Source of the DNA: Leucoraja ocellata
Lineage: Eukaryota
DNA length: 64,000 nucleotides
Assembly: GCA_036785375.1 (NCBI GenBank)
Contig: JAWMAR010000095.1
Coordinates: 7,192,001 to 7,256,000, forward strand
Reading direction: 5' to 3'
Shown here: positions 53,001 to 60,410 of the stretch, one piece after another
How the letters are laid out: each line of letters opens with the position of its first letter
How positions within the stretch are numbered: position 1 is the first letter of the stretch
Program-made: the position numbers and the translations under genes
Notes under the pieces: model-generated
What the model was told of the DNA's origin: nothing
What the model saw: the letters and a program-made list of their open reading frames with translations, nothing else
Databases searched by the model: none

Positions 53001-56000
53001 GTTTACATACATAGCAAACAATAGGCCCAGCAATGTTCATAAAGAGTTAAACAAATATTCTTTCACCTGTCTGTGTGTGTGTGAATGTAATACAAAGAAC
53101 AAATTTATACTCAATGAGTCACCCTAAGACTTTGAAAATATTGCAGGCCCTCCCTTTTAAAGTGTTTGCCCGCAGCTTTATTGTGAACATATCGTTCCTT
53201 CCACCATTCAAGACCAGCTATGAATACATTCCTCTAAGAGAGGAAAGGAAAATAAAAACATTGAAATAAGTAGCAGCAACTATAATTTGGAGAATGCGAG
53301 TCAAGATGATTTGGTGATTTTGTTCAGTGCAAAACAAGATAATTGTAGATTAATTGTCTGTCACTCCCATCAACCTGCAGCCTCTTAAACTATGCAATCC
53401 AGAGATGACAAACAGCATCCATTTTCATGGAGACAAGAAACTGCAGATGCTGGAATCTTGAGCAAAAAGACCCAGCGGTCCAAACAACCTCTGTGGATAC
53501 AATGGACAGACATTTTGCGTCAGGACCCTTCTTCAGACTGACCAGTCTGAAGTATGGTCCTGAATTGCTGCATATTCTAGCATTTTTTTCCTGTCTCTGA
53601 ACATTCTCTCTTTGGCATTATGCTGTCCCAATCTATACACTGGTTTTCTAACTTCAAACTGCATTATTCCAATAGAAACTCTGATTTTTCTAACCCCCCC
53701 CCCCCCCCCCCCCCCCAACTAGACAGATCCACTATCCTGAATCTCACACCGATTTCGAATCACACAATCCCAATCACCATTCTGATTTTTTAACTTCAAA
53801 TTAGTCAGATTTTCTAACTGAATTGCCAAATCTACTCTCTGATCTAACTTTGAATTACATAGTCCCAGTTTATACACTGGTTATGAATTGCATCATTTAT
53901 TATTTCCCCAACCCTAAATTACCCCCATCTCAGTCTACATCTTACACTTTTGATTCCCAAGAAAAAAGAATAACACTGTGGGAGCAGTGTCTTTATCTGA
54001 GCATTTATTTTTGAGCTAGTCCTTAGCTACTGTCCTAGATACAGTGCCCTCCATAATGTTTGGGACAAAGACCCATCATTTATTTATTTGCCTCTGTACT
54101 CCACAATTTGAGATTTGTAATATAAAAGAAATCACATGTGGTTAAAATGCACATTGTCAGATTTTAATAAAGGCCATTTTTATACATTTTGGTTTCACCA
54201 TGTAGAAATTACAGCAGTTTATACATAGTCCCCCCATTTCAGGGCACCATAATGTTTTGGACACAGCAATGTCATGTAAATGAAAGTAGCCATGTTTAGT
54301 ATTTTGTTGTATATCCTTTGCACGCAATGACTGCTTAAAGCCTGCGATTCATGGACATCATCAGTTGCTGGGTGTCTTCTCTGGCGATGCTCTGCCAGGC
54401 CTGTATTGCAGCCATCTTTAGCTTATGCTTGTTTTGGGGGCTAGTCCCCTTCAGTTTTCTCTTCAGCATATAAAAGGCATGGTCAATTGGGTACAGATCG
54501 GGTGATTGACTTGGCCACTCAAGAATTGACAATTTTCTAGCTTTGAAAAACTCCTTTGTTGCTTTAACTGCATGTTTGGGATCATTGTCTTGCTGTAGAA
54601 TGAATCGTCGGCCAATGAGTTTTGAGGCATTTGTTTGAACTTGAGCAGATAGGATGTGCCTTTACCCTTCAGAATTCATTATGCTACTACCATCAGCAGT
54701 TGCATCATCAATGAATATAAGTGAGCTAGTAACTTCAGCAGCCATACATGCCCAGGCCATAACACCTCACCACCTTGTTTCACAGATGAGGTGGTATGCT
54801 TTGGATCTTCTCTCCTTTATACTTTGCTCTTGCCATCAATCTTTGTCTCATCTGTCCACAAGACCTTTTTCCAGAACTGTGGTTGCCCTTTTAAGTACTT
54901 CTTGGCAAACTGTAACTTGGCCATTCTATTTTTGCGCTAACCAATGGTCTGCATCTTGCAGTGTGGCTTCTGTATTTAGAAACATAGAAAATAGGTGCAG
55001 GAGTAGGCCATTCGGCCCTTCGAGCCTGCACCGCCATTCAATATGATCATGGCTGATCATTTCTGTTCATTATGTCTTCTGCGGACAGTGGTCATTGACA
55101 AATCCACACCAGACTCCTGAAGAGTGTTTCTGGTCTGTCCGACAGGTGTTTGGGGATATTTCTTTATTACAGAGAGAACTCTTCTATCATCAGATGTGGA
55201 GGTCGTCCTTGGCCTGTCAGTCCCTTTGTGATTAGTAAGCTCACCAGTGCTTTCTTTCTTGTTAATGATGTTCCAAACAGTTGATTTTGGTAAGCTGAAG
55301 GTTTGGCTGATGTCTCTTACAGTTTTATTCTTGTTTCTCAGTCTCACAATGGCTTCTTTGACTTTCATTGACACAACTTTGGTCCTCATGTTGATAAACA
55401 GCAATACAAGTTTCCAAAGGTGATGGAAAGACTGGAGGAAAGACTAGGTGCTGAAAGCTCTCTTATACATGCATTAAGGAGGCATTTAAACACAGCTGAG
55501 CAACTACAAATACAAAGCCATGTGTCCCGAATAATATGGTGCCCCGAAATGGGGGTATTATGTATAAACACTGCTGTAATTTCTACATGGTGAAACCAAC
55601 ATGTATAAAAATGGCACTAATTAAAATCTGACAATGTGCACTTTTAACCACATGTGATTTTTCTATTACAAATCACAAATTGTGGAGTACAGAGGCAAAT
55701 AAATAAATGATGGGTCTTTGTTTCAAACATTATGGAGGGCACTGCAGCATAGATTCGGGGTCATTGCCATTCTGAATGTCATTTAGGAGCCACAGGACCC
55801 TGCAAATAACAGTGTGGACCACCCATTGATTGCAGTTGCTTTTAATTTGTGTTTGGGTTCCGTATTAGTCACTAAGAGCTCCTTTCATTTAAAAACACAA
55901 ATGACTAAGAGCAATTTTATTTTAAATTCTGTTTATTCACACCCATGAATGAAAGAACCACAGCACAATCACAACCAACTATTTCAAGCTTTACTGTATG

Positions 56001-59000
56001 AGCTCTAGTTTTAGAAATTGAATGCTTACACATTTTCTTACCAAACTGCAATTATTTACACTTAAATAAGTCTACAAACTCAATAACTATTTCTGTGTAT
56101 TTGTAACACCCCAACCCTGAGAGACTGGTCATAACATAAATTACTTTAGATTTCTTTGAAATAAAATGACATATACTTTGCAGAATTATAAGCAAATTAG
56201 CCCGATGCCGCATGAAAGGTTACTATGCTTCACTCCACATTTACACGAAGGGGCTGATTAGAATTCATCATAACACACCGATAAAATTAAAAAATGGAAA
56301 ACTATGTTGAAATTGCCACAAATCATATACAATTCTAACTGTGTAAACACCTTGCTCAATAGTCATTTAGTCCAGTTACCTATAAAGCAGCCAGTTGAAA
56401 ATTGAAACACTCACCAGCAATACTCTTCCTCTTCTGATGAATGGCATGATGCTGAGTTGCAGGTAAATGGAAGGAGCTACTCATATTTTGTGCATCCTGA
56501 GTAGCTGTGGTTTTGATAAATTCAATTGCACTCTGAAGCACCCGGAACTGTAGTACAATGGCCATTTCTACACAAGAACAGACACTGATTACATTTACAC
56601 CACAGACACAGCCTGAGATGTCACTTTAAGAAAGGAGAACTTTCATTAAACTCTTTTTTCTATTTCAAAACAAAATTTGCCATGTGGTGAACAGTAAAGA
56701 TGAAAACTTGAAAAAGATATCAATGATCAGGTGGGCAAGAAAGTGGCAACTGGAATTTAGTCAGGAGCGGTGTGAAGAAATTCATTTTGGAAGCAAAGTA
56801 AAGAAACACATTAGTTCCTTTACCGTGTGCATTTAGAAACAAAGAGGAATAGAGGAACTTGAATTGTACAGACACACATCCCTGAAAGTAGCAGGACAAT
56901 GAACACTTGAGGTGTTGTAAACCACCAGGCTAGAGAGCAAGAACTAGATTTTTGTTTTGGTTAATGTGTATTAGGGCCAAATGACCCATTCTCTGCCATC
57001 CCATAAAATTCTTTGATTTTATAATTAGCCATGATCTAACTGCACGATGAATGGCTTAATTGACTAAATGGTTTCCTCCAGTTCCTACATTTCCAGAAAC
57101 CCAGCATCTCTCCCCTATGTTTGTTTTATGCACCTGGCTGTGGTAAAGGAGAAAAAAGGGGTTGGGGTGAAGAGGTATTGTCAAAGTTAATTTCCAGAAT
57201 TTTATCTATAATGCTGTTGATTAGAAAATTCTGAATTCAGTCTCCATGTGCTTGTGCCCAAATATTTAAACCCATCTGTTATGACTTCCCAAAGTCAATG
57301 GCACTTCTTTTGCACACACCGGCAGTGGCAGTATAAACTCCACTCTTAGTGTAGGTTCCTGATGCATAAGACTAATTATTTGATGTAGTTATCGCAGGAG
57401 AAACACATGCTTCCCTTAGGAATCATTCTGGTTGTGGAAAAAATATATATTTTTCCGAATTCTTCACACTTGGTTAACGTGTCTGGGTTGCTATATGAAA
57501 CGTTGCTGTGACTGCCAAATTTCCAGCAGGAATCCAGATCTTAGTTTGAAACTTTACTATCTTACAGGCACTTTTTAAAGCTAGTGCACTGTAACATAAT
57601 GTTTACATTTTAAAGCACTCCCTTTTCCCAACAGCAGATTCATGGACATTGTCTTTCATTGGTCCACAATGGTGCTGTTAGGTTTAAAGAGCTGTTCAGC
57701 AAAATGAAAGTGAGGAGATGGATCATTTAAGGTGCTGCACTCCACATGGCTATAGACAGACATCTGAGCATTAGAGAAAGTTCGGCGTTTTTTGGTCTTG
57801 CAAGAACAAAATGAGCCAAAAGGCCACAGCTGTGTTAATAAATTTCAATGATTCTATGACAGATTCCTGAAGTGCTGAAAGTACAGCATCTATGGCTCAA
57901 AATTATGGCACCATATTCCTATTTCCAGTGTGAGTAAAATATTCCACAACAGGTAGGAATCCAGGAATGTTATTTATTGGACTTTCAGGAGGTATTCAGA
58001 GGTCCAAAAATGAGCACATATGGAATTTGAAATAAAACACTGACACAGACAGGGAAAATGACAAGCAAAAGAAAATAATCAAAATAAATATGTACTCTAA
58101 CTGTAAGGATGTAGAAAGGTGACCCAGGACTTCAACTTTTACAATATTTATACTTGACCTAGACAAAGAAATGGAGAACTGAACATTCATGTTCAAATTC
58201 AGGTAATACATTCAAATGTTGAACTTTAAATGCCAGAAGAAAATTAAGGAGGAATAATTATAGATTGTCTGCTGCCCTTTTCCTGCTTTTATATTCTTAA
58301 ATATAAGAAGATGCCTTAGGGATACTGACAGCCTAGAATACAAAGATTAAACATCAATACCTTAACAAAATATCTCAACTATTTGTTAATACATCCTTCA
58401 TACTATCTTTTACCTACAAAATCTAAGCTTGATTTAGTTCTGGTTGAGTATTAGATCATAGTATTAACAAAGTTAAATGAAGGAAAAAATGACAATATTT
58501 TCATTTAAATTATTTGATTTGTAATAATTCAAAACTAACGAGAAATGAGCTTAGACAAAATGCTGGAGTAACTCAGTGGGTCAGGCAGCATCTCTGGAGA
58601 GAATGGATAGGTGACGGTTCGAGTTGGGACAGTTTCATCAGACTTTTCAGATGGAATGCTGCCTGACCCGCTGAGTTACTCCAGCATTTTATGTCTAACT
58701 TTGGGGTAAACCAGCATCTGCAGATCCTTTTTATTACATTATTATAGAAATGAGCTTTCTAGCTACCACTCCTGCAAGTTTCTTATAGAAACTTACAAAA
58801 TTCTTAAGGGGTTGGACAGGCTAGATGCAGGAAGATTGTTCCCGATGTTGGGGAAGTCCAGAACAAGGGGTCACAGTTTAAGGATAAGGGGGAAATCTTT
58901 TAGGACCGAGATGAGAAAAACATTTTTCACACAGAGAGTGGTGAATCTCTGGAATTCTCTGCCACAGAGGGTAGTTAAGGCCAGTTCACTGGCTATATTT

Positions 59001-59620
59001 AAGAGGGAGTTAGATGTGGCCCTTGTGGCTAAAGGGATCAGGGGGTATGGAGAGAAGGCAGGTACCGGATACCGAGTTAGATGATCAGCCATGATCATAT
59101 TGAATGGCGGTGCAGGCTCGAAGGGCCGAATGGCCTTCTCCTGCACCTATTTTCTATGTTTCTATGCTGATCCTTCACGTTGCTTCAACAACATTCCTAA
59201 TTTCCTAGTTTGCAGCAATTCCTAAAATTATCAAACATGAATTGGTTACAATAATCCTCTACTGTCCCTTTTTAAAAATTGTTCAAGGTCCAATTTTAAT
59301 TGAATAAACAGGTAGCTGGTTTGAATGGTGATCATTTGCGAAGAAAATGACAAACAAATTAAAATAACATTAATGTTTAAATTATTTGGTATTCTTAATG
59401 ATTAACTTTTACCCTATGAAAGACTGTAATCAGTTTGAAAATTTTAAGGCGACCTTTAGTTTTTGTGTCCTTGCTGTTCTCCAGGTATCCAAGCAGTGAT
59501 ATTAAATCCTCTATTATGCGAAAATATGGTAAACCAGACGAGCTGCAGGAATGGATGGTAATTGCGACCAGCAGCTGCTGAATATCACACAACAGCAATC
59601 TGTACTCACTCAATGGAATG
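7899..59620 (-). CDS. LYST: LYST / CHS1 lysosomal trafficking regulator, 3' part (27 coding exons, PH-BEACH-WD40 C-terminus); 5' part lies outside the window
   Basis: Exons with AG/GT boundaries and compatible phases splice into one open frame (3940 nt). It carries BEACH motifs ([63 protein letters not shown]) and the LYST-type C-terminus SFLSSYAAG*. Confidence 0.98.
8703..11171 (-). mobile_element. CR1 LINE, relatively young, 5'-truncated ORF2 (endonuclease end, RT, 3' tail)
   Basis: [69 protein letters not shown]; tail reads agaaacatagaaaatagg on +. Confidence 0.95.
11297..11661 (+). mobile_element. CR1 3' fragment, interrupted by a Penelope terminal-repeat piece at 11408-11508 (ATTTAGCTC duplicated)
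   Basis: [14 protein letters not shown] motif and CR1 tail; 9-bp direct repeat at 11399-11407 and 11509-11517. Confidence 0.85.
12421..12660 (-). mobile_element. Penelope-like element 3' end (GIY-YIG C-terminus plus terminal repeat with hammerhead-like motif)
   Basis: Minus strand encodes [12 protein letters not shown], followed by CTGAAGA-AGGGTTTTGGCCC-GGAAACGTT. Confidence 0.8.
12660..13630 (+). mobile_element. Old, degraded CR1-like LINE fragment
   Basis: Residual RT-like stretches ([17 protein letters not shown]) and a decayed CR1-type tail. Confidence 0.6.
13781..14320 (+). mobile_element. CR1 3' fragment
   Basis: [29 protein letters not shown] motifs and tail. Confidence 0.85.
15073..15390 (+). 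mobile_element. HE1/V-SINE-like tRNA-derived SINE
   Basis: GGGCGGCACAGTGG head, B-box GGTTCGATCT, central GAGTTTGGACGTTCTCCC domain, CR1-like tail. Confidence 0.85.
15930..16212 (-). mobile_element. HE1-like SINE, degraded
   Basis: Reverse complement resembles 15073-15390. Confidence 0.75.
16364..16435 (-). CDS. LYST: LYST penultimate coding exon ([23 protein letters not shown])
   Basis: tgtgtag|G ... AG|gtaaga; 72 bp. Confidence 0.95.
17070..17169. repeat. 38-bp inverted repeat with 24-nt spacer
   Basis: 17070-17107 is the reverse complement of 17132-17169 with one mismatch. Confidence 0.93.
17865..18758 (+). mobile_element. Rex1/Babar-like LINE 3' fragment, interrupted by a CR1 tail at about 18276-18370
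   Basis: [51 protein letters not shown]; short (AATTC)n tail. Confidence 0.85.
19093..19249 (-). CDS. LYST: LYST exon, WD40 ([15 protein letters not shown]...[10 protein letters not shown])
   Basis: ttttccttag|TT ... AG|gttagt; 157 bp. Confidence 0.95.
19277..19730 (+). mobile_element. CR1 3' fragment (second subfamily, TTATATGG tail)
   Basis: [25 protein letters not shown]; near-identical to 30607-30950 and 44609-44787. Confidence 0.9.
19976..20105 (+). mobile_element. Penelope terminal-repeat fragment with the best-preserved minimal hammerhead-like motif
   Basis: CTGAAGA-A-AGGTC-TC-GACCT-GAAAC-GTC at 19976-20003. Confidence 0.75.
20750..21373 (-). mobile_element. CR1 3' fragment
   Basis: Near-identical to 8703-9320. 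Confidence 0.92.
21616..21713 (-). CDS. LYST: LYST exon, WD40 ([18 protein letters not shown]...VCDS)
   Basis: cctacag|G ... G|gtaagt; 98 bp. Confidence 0.95.
21835..22095 (+). mobile_element. LINE 3' UTR fragment (Rex1-like), related copies at 40085-40345 and 61625-61895
   Basis: Shared sequence ending TGACAATAAACTAAACTAAA. Confidence 0.7.
22553..22692 (-). CDS. LYST: LYST exon, WD40 ([22 protein letters not shown]...GTCIIWDLN)
   Basis: tttttttag|TCT ... AG|gttcaa (weak donor); 140 bp. Confidence 0.94.
23404..23502 (-). CDS. LYST: LYST exon, WD40 ([25 protein letters not shown]...)
   Basis: ttttacag|GTT ... ATG|gtatgt; 99 bp. Confidence 0.95.
24767..24903 (-). CDS. LYST: LYST exon ([27 protein letters not shown]...)
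   Basis: ataatag|GT ... CAG|gtatga; 137 bp. Confidence 0.95.
25400..25530 (-). mobile_element. Penelope terminal-repeat fragment (decayed hammerhead-like motif)
   Basis: Minus strand CTGAAGAAGGGTCTAAAACCGAAACATC. Confidence 0.7.
26276..26402 (-). mobile_element. Penelope terminal-repeat fragment
   Basis: TGCTGGAGTAACTCAGCGGG...GACCCTTCTTCAGAC family signature. Confidence 0.72.
26783..27035 (+). mobile_element. HE1-like SINE
   Basis: Head, B-box remnant and GAGTTTGCATGTTCTCCC domain. Confidence 0.8.
28012..28201 (-). CDS. LYST: LYST exon ([23 protein letters not shown]...YSKEQ)
   Basis: ataactag|AGT ... G|gtacct; 190 bp. Confidence 0.95.
28784..29014 (-). CDS. LYST: LYST exon, BEACH end ([34 protein letters not shown]...)
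   Basis: tgatag|ACT ... CCG|gtattt; 231 bp. Confidence 0.96.
29130..29413 (-). mobile_element. HE1-like SINE, degraded
   Basis: Reverse-complement similarity to the other copies. Confidence 0.7.
30607..30950 (+). mobile_element. CR1 3' fragment
   Basis: ORF 30608-30886 is nearly identical to 19367-19645. Confidence 0.9.
31213..31430 (-). CDS. LYST: LYST exon, BEACH ([21 protein letters not shown]...INVFHPA)
   Basis: ttgtag|GT ... GCG|gtaagt; 218 bp. Confidence 0.96.
31721..33028 (-). mobile_element. Non-autonomous Helitron-like element containing a minisatellite
   Basis: Minus strand a|TC 5' end at 33028; 3' end GGGAACC-AAC-GGGTCCC hairpin, then CTAG|t at 31721; no TSD. Confidence 0.72.
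31981..32430 (+). repeat. 20-bp minisatellite (GGGGACACAGAGGCAGAGAG)n, 21 perfect copies at 32001-32420
   Basis: Read directly from the sequence. Confidence 0.98.
33615..33890 (-). mobile_element. HE1-like SINE
   Basis: Minus-strand head GGGTGGCATTGTGGCACAGCGGTAGAG; tail gtggaaacaggcccttcggccc on +. Confidence 0.83.
34630..34770 (-). CDS. LYST: LYST exon, BEACH ([12 protein letters not shown]...[17 protein letters not shown])
   Basis: atgcctag|AT ... G|gtgtgc; 141 bp. Confidence 0.96.
35253..35409 (-). CDS. LYST: LYST exon, BEACH (YLEEEFRKG...[31 protein letters not shown])
   Basis: ttgtcag|TAC ... G|gtaaga; 157 bp. Confidence 0.96.
35985..36297 (+). mobile_element. L2-like LINE 3' end with (TTA)n tail
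   Basis: TGTACAGCACTTTG...AAAGTGCTCTATAAATA followed by (ATT)n. Confidence 0.6.
36954..37020 (-). CDS. LYST: LYST exon, BEACH ([22 protein letters not shown])
   Basis: atttcag|A ... AAG|gttgga; 67 bp. Confidence 0.94.
37260..37504 (-). CDS. LYST: LYST exon, BEACH start ([10 protein letters not shown]...[26 protein letters not shown]...)
   Basis: atttag|GTT ... AG|gtaact; 245 bp. Confidence 0.96.
38687..38914 (-). mobile_element. CR1 3' tail fragment about 80 bp from a LYST donor site
   Basis: Near-identical to 8705-8933. Confidence 0.92.
38995..39147 (-). CDS. LYST: LYST exon, PH-like domain ([37 protein letters not shown]...)
   Basis: ctttgaag|AGT ... AAG|gtacat; 153 bp. Confidence 0.93.
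39295..39405 (-). mobile_element. Ancient Deu-domain SINE remnant (SacSINE1/AmnSINE1-like)
   Basis: gtttaatagctcatgcaaaagacaacacctccaacagtacagtattccttcagtattgc resembles the recalled consensus; not searched. Confidence 0.5.
39778..39833 (-). CDS. LYST: LYST exon ([18 protein letters not shown])
   Basis: ttttccag|GA ... CCT|gtaagt; 56 bp. Confidence 0.93.
39917..39978 (-). CDS. LYST: LYST exon, start of PH-like domain ([20 protein letters not shown])
   Basis: ctaatcag|A ... G|gttagt; 62 bp; followed by an 83-bp intron. Confidence 0.93.
40638..40734 (-). CDS. LYST: LYST exon ([13 protein letters not shown]...SEPI)
   Basis: tttttgcag|AA ... AG|gtagtc; 97 bp. Confidence 0.93.
40817..40962 (-). 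CDS. LYST: LYST exon ([28 protein letters not shown]...)
   Basis: acttctag|G ... G|gtaaaa; 146 bp. Confidence 0.95.
41062..41605 (+). mobile_element. Penelope-like retroelement ORF fragment (RT C-terminus, Cys motif, GIY-YIG endonuclease)
   Basis: [10 protein letters not shown]...; [30 protein letters not shown]. Confidence 0.9.
41975..42365 (-). mobile_element. Degraded CR1/HER1 3' fragment
   Basis: ggaacaggcccttaggccca tail; resembles 527-1000. Confidence 0.65.
42490..43072 (+). mobile_element. Penelope-like element 3' end (GIY-YIG C-terminus, pyrimidine-rich UTR, decayed terminal repeat)
   Basis: [10 protein letters not shown]...[10 protein letters not shown]; [24 protein letters not shown]. 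Confidence 0.85.
44346..44534 (-). CDS. LYST: LYST exon ([17 protein letters not shown]...QQLTHER)
   Basis: ctttag|C ... AG|gtaaat; 189 bp. Confidence 0.94.
44609..44787 (+). mobile_element. CR1 3' tail fragment about 75 bp from a LYST acceptor
   Basis: Near-identical to 19560-19725. Confidence 0.9.
44990..45300 (-). mobile_element. CR1/HER1 3' tail fragment
   Basis: Resembles 530-860. Confidence 0.75.
45901..46037 (-). mobile_element. Short retroposed insert with A-rich (TAAA)n tail and 15-bp TSD (L1/Tx1-type signature)
   Basis: ATAAGACATAACTAT at 45886-45900 and 46038-46052. Confidence 0.8.
46150..46312 (-). mobile_element. CR1 3' tail fragments
   Basis: catagaaaataggtgcagg... plus a second agaaacatagaaaatag. 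Confidence 0.8.
46618..46694 (-). CDS. LYST: LYST exon ([25 protein letters not shown])
   Basis: ctttcag|GAG ... AG|gtaaag; 77 bp. Confidence 0.9.
47951..48127 (-). CDS. LYST: LYST exon ([16 protein letters not shown]...LIRAIEE)
   Basis: aactatag|CAT ... GAG|gtatga; 177 bp. Confidence 0.92.
48416..48622 (-). CDS. LYST: LYST exon ([24 protein letters not shown]...GQALE)
   Basis: cgttttag|GAA ... GAG|gtaagg; 207 bp. Confidence 0.92.
49609..49781 (-). CDS. LYST: LYST exon (LDSDFLDLL...IEGIKISL)
   Basis: ttatttag|AG ... TTG|gtgagt; 173 bp. Confidence 0.9.
50340..50490 (-). mobile_element. LINE 3' end with (ATTACA)n tail
   Basis: Minus strand GACAATAAAG followed by a microsatellite tail. Confidence 0.55.
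50738..51010 (+). mobile_element. HE1-like SINE
   Basis: A-box TGGTGCAGCGG, B-box GGTTCAATCC. Confidence 0.83.
51602..51793 (-). CDS. LYST: LYST exon ([18 protein letters not shown]...NRLIYQ)
   Basis: attgctag|GT ... CAA G|gtaggt; 192 bp. Confidence 0.93.
52620..52781 (-). CDS. LYST: Candidate alternative (cassette) LYST exon, 54 codons ([16 protein letters not shown]...YSFPSEA)
   Basis: T-rich tract then caag|GT TCA; donor GCA G|gtgtag; 162 bp, phase 1-1, no stop; sits in a phase-1 intron and is not repeat-like. Confidence 0.6.
53431..53590. mobile_element. Head-to-head Penelope terminal-repeat fragments
   Basis: CTTCAGACTG-AC-CAGTCTGAAG palindromic junction. Confidence 0.65.
54042..55744 (-). 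mobile_element. Tc1 transposon, both long TIRs present, decayed transposase; CR1 tail inserted at about 54977-55060
   Basis: TA|CAGTGCCCTCCATAATG ... CATTATGGAGGGCACTG; HTH piece ([18 protein letters not shown]) and [11 protein letters not shown]. Confidence 0.95.
56415..56567 (-). CDS. LYST: LYST exon ([13 protein letters not shown]...QKRKSIA)
   Basis: tgtgtag|AA ATG ... GCT G|gtgagt; 153 bp. Confidence 0.93.
56700..57090 (+). mobile_element. Old CR1-like fragment
   Basis: WARKWQLEF...CEEIHFG remnant and decayed tail. Confidence 0.55.
58551..58735. mobile_element. Inverted pair of Penelope terminal-repeat fragments (hairpin)
   Basis: AAAATGCTGGAGTAACTCAG..GGTCAGGCAGCAT is complementary to ATGCTGCCTGACCC..CTGAGTTACTCCAGCATTTT. 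Confidence 0.8.
58780..59166 (+). mobile_element. CR1 3' fragment
   Basis: Reverse complement of 8703-9075. Confidence 0.92.
59454..59620 (-). CDS. LYST: LYST exon ([15 protein letters not shown]...SKDTKTK)
   Basis: Acceptor attatag|C, donor AAAG|gtcgcc (weak); 167 bp; phase fits next exon. Confidence 0.9.
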
Positions 59621-60079
59621 CTATAATGAAACAAAATCATTGAATTTAGCAAAACAATGCAATGCTAATGCAGGACTATAGCATACGATGCCGTTCTACA
59701 AATATAAAACCAAAAAACAACCTCGATTAAAGACTTTTAAAGATAGCTGAGAAACAAGTGGGGCTGTTTAAGCCAGGAAATTACTGAGAAATAGGGTCAA
59801 ACTACAAGAATAACTTGTTTATATATTAAAGTAAAAAAATATTCCAGAACACATCATTGAGAAAAAATAGACAATGTCATTTGCATCACTCTTTAAGGAT
59901 ACCCAAAGCAAACAGCTATTTATGGATAGGGATGGAGTGAATCGGATTGCCTATTTGGATTGGAGAATCACAGTAAGAAGCTAAGATGAATTTTGCATTC
60001 AAAATGTCTGGCAAATGCTTCAATTTGGTCTCTGCCATTATGGAGGATGGAATGTCCTCCGGTCCGATTTTTTTCAAGA

Positions 60080-60410
60080 GCATAAGTAGCACATTTGGCC
60101 CCTTGTGCCTGCTCAGTGACTGAACAAAATTATTGTCAATGCTTTATCTCAGCAGCACTTTCCTGCACTTGCCCCATTTCCATTGATTTCCTCAATACTT
60201 AAGGATTTTTGTTCTGAATAAACTCAGCAACTGAGCTTTCACAACCTCTTGAGTGGAGAACTGCAAGGATTCACCACCCTCTGGGTGAAGATAATTCCTC
60301 TAGTTTGTGTCCTAAATGACCAACCCTTTGTTGCGAAACAATGGCCTATGATTCCTGTCACCCCAACCAAGAGAATCATCCCCATGGTTGCTACACTGTT
60401 GAGCCCATAA
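60080..60410 (-). mobile_element. Old CR1 3' fragment
   Basis: IFTQRVVNP motif. Confidence 0.6.

Noticed and set aside
54335-55404. Active Tc1 transposase
   Set aside because: ORF broken by deletions, frameshifts and a CR1 insertion; the copy at 3243-6593 is broken too.
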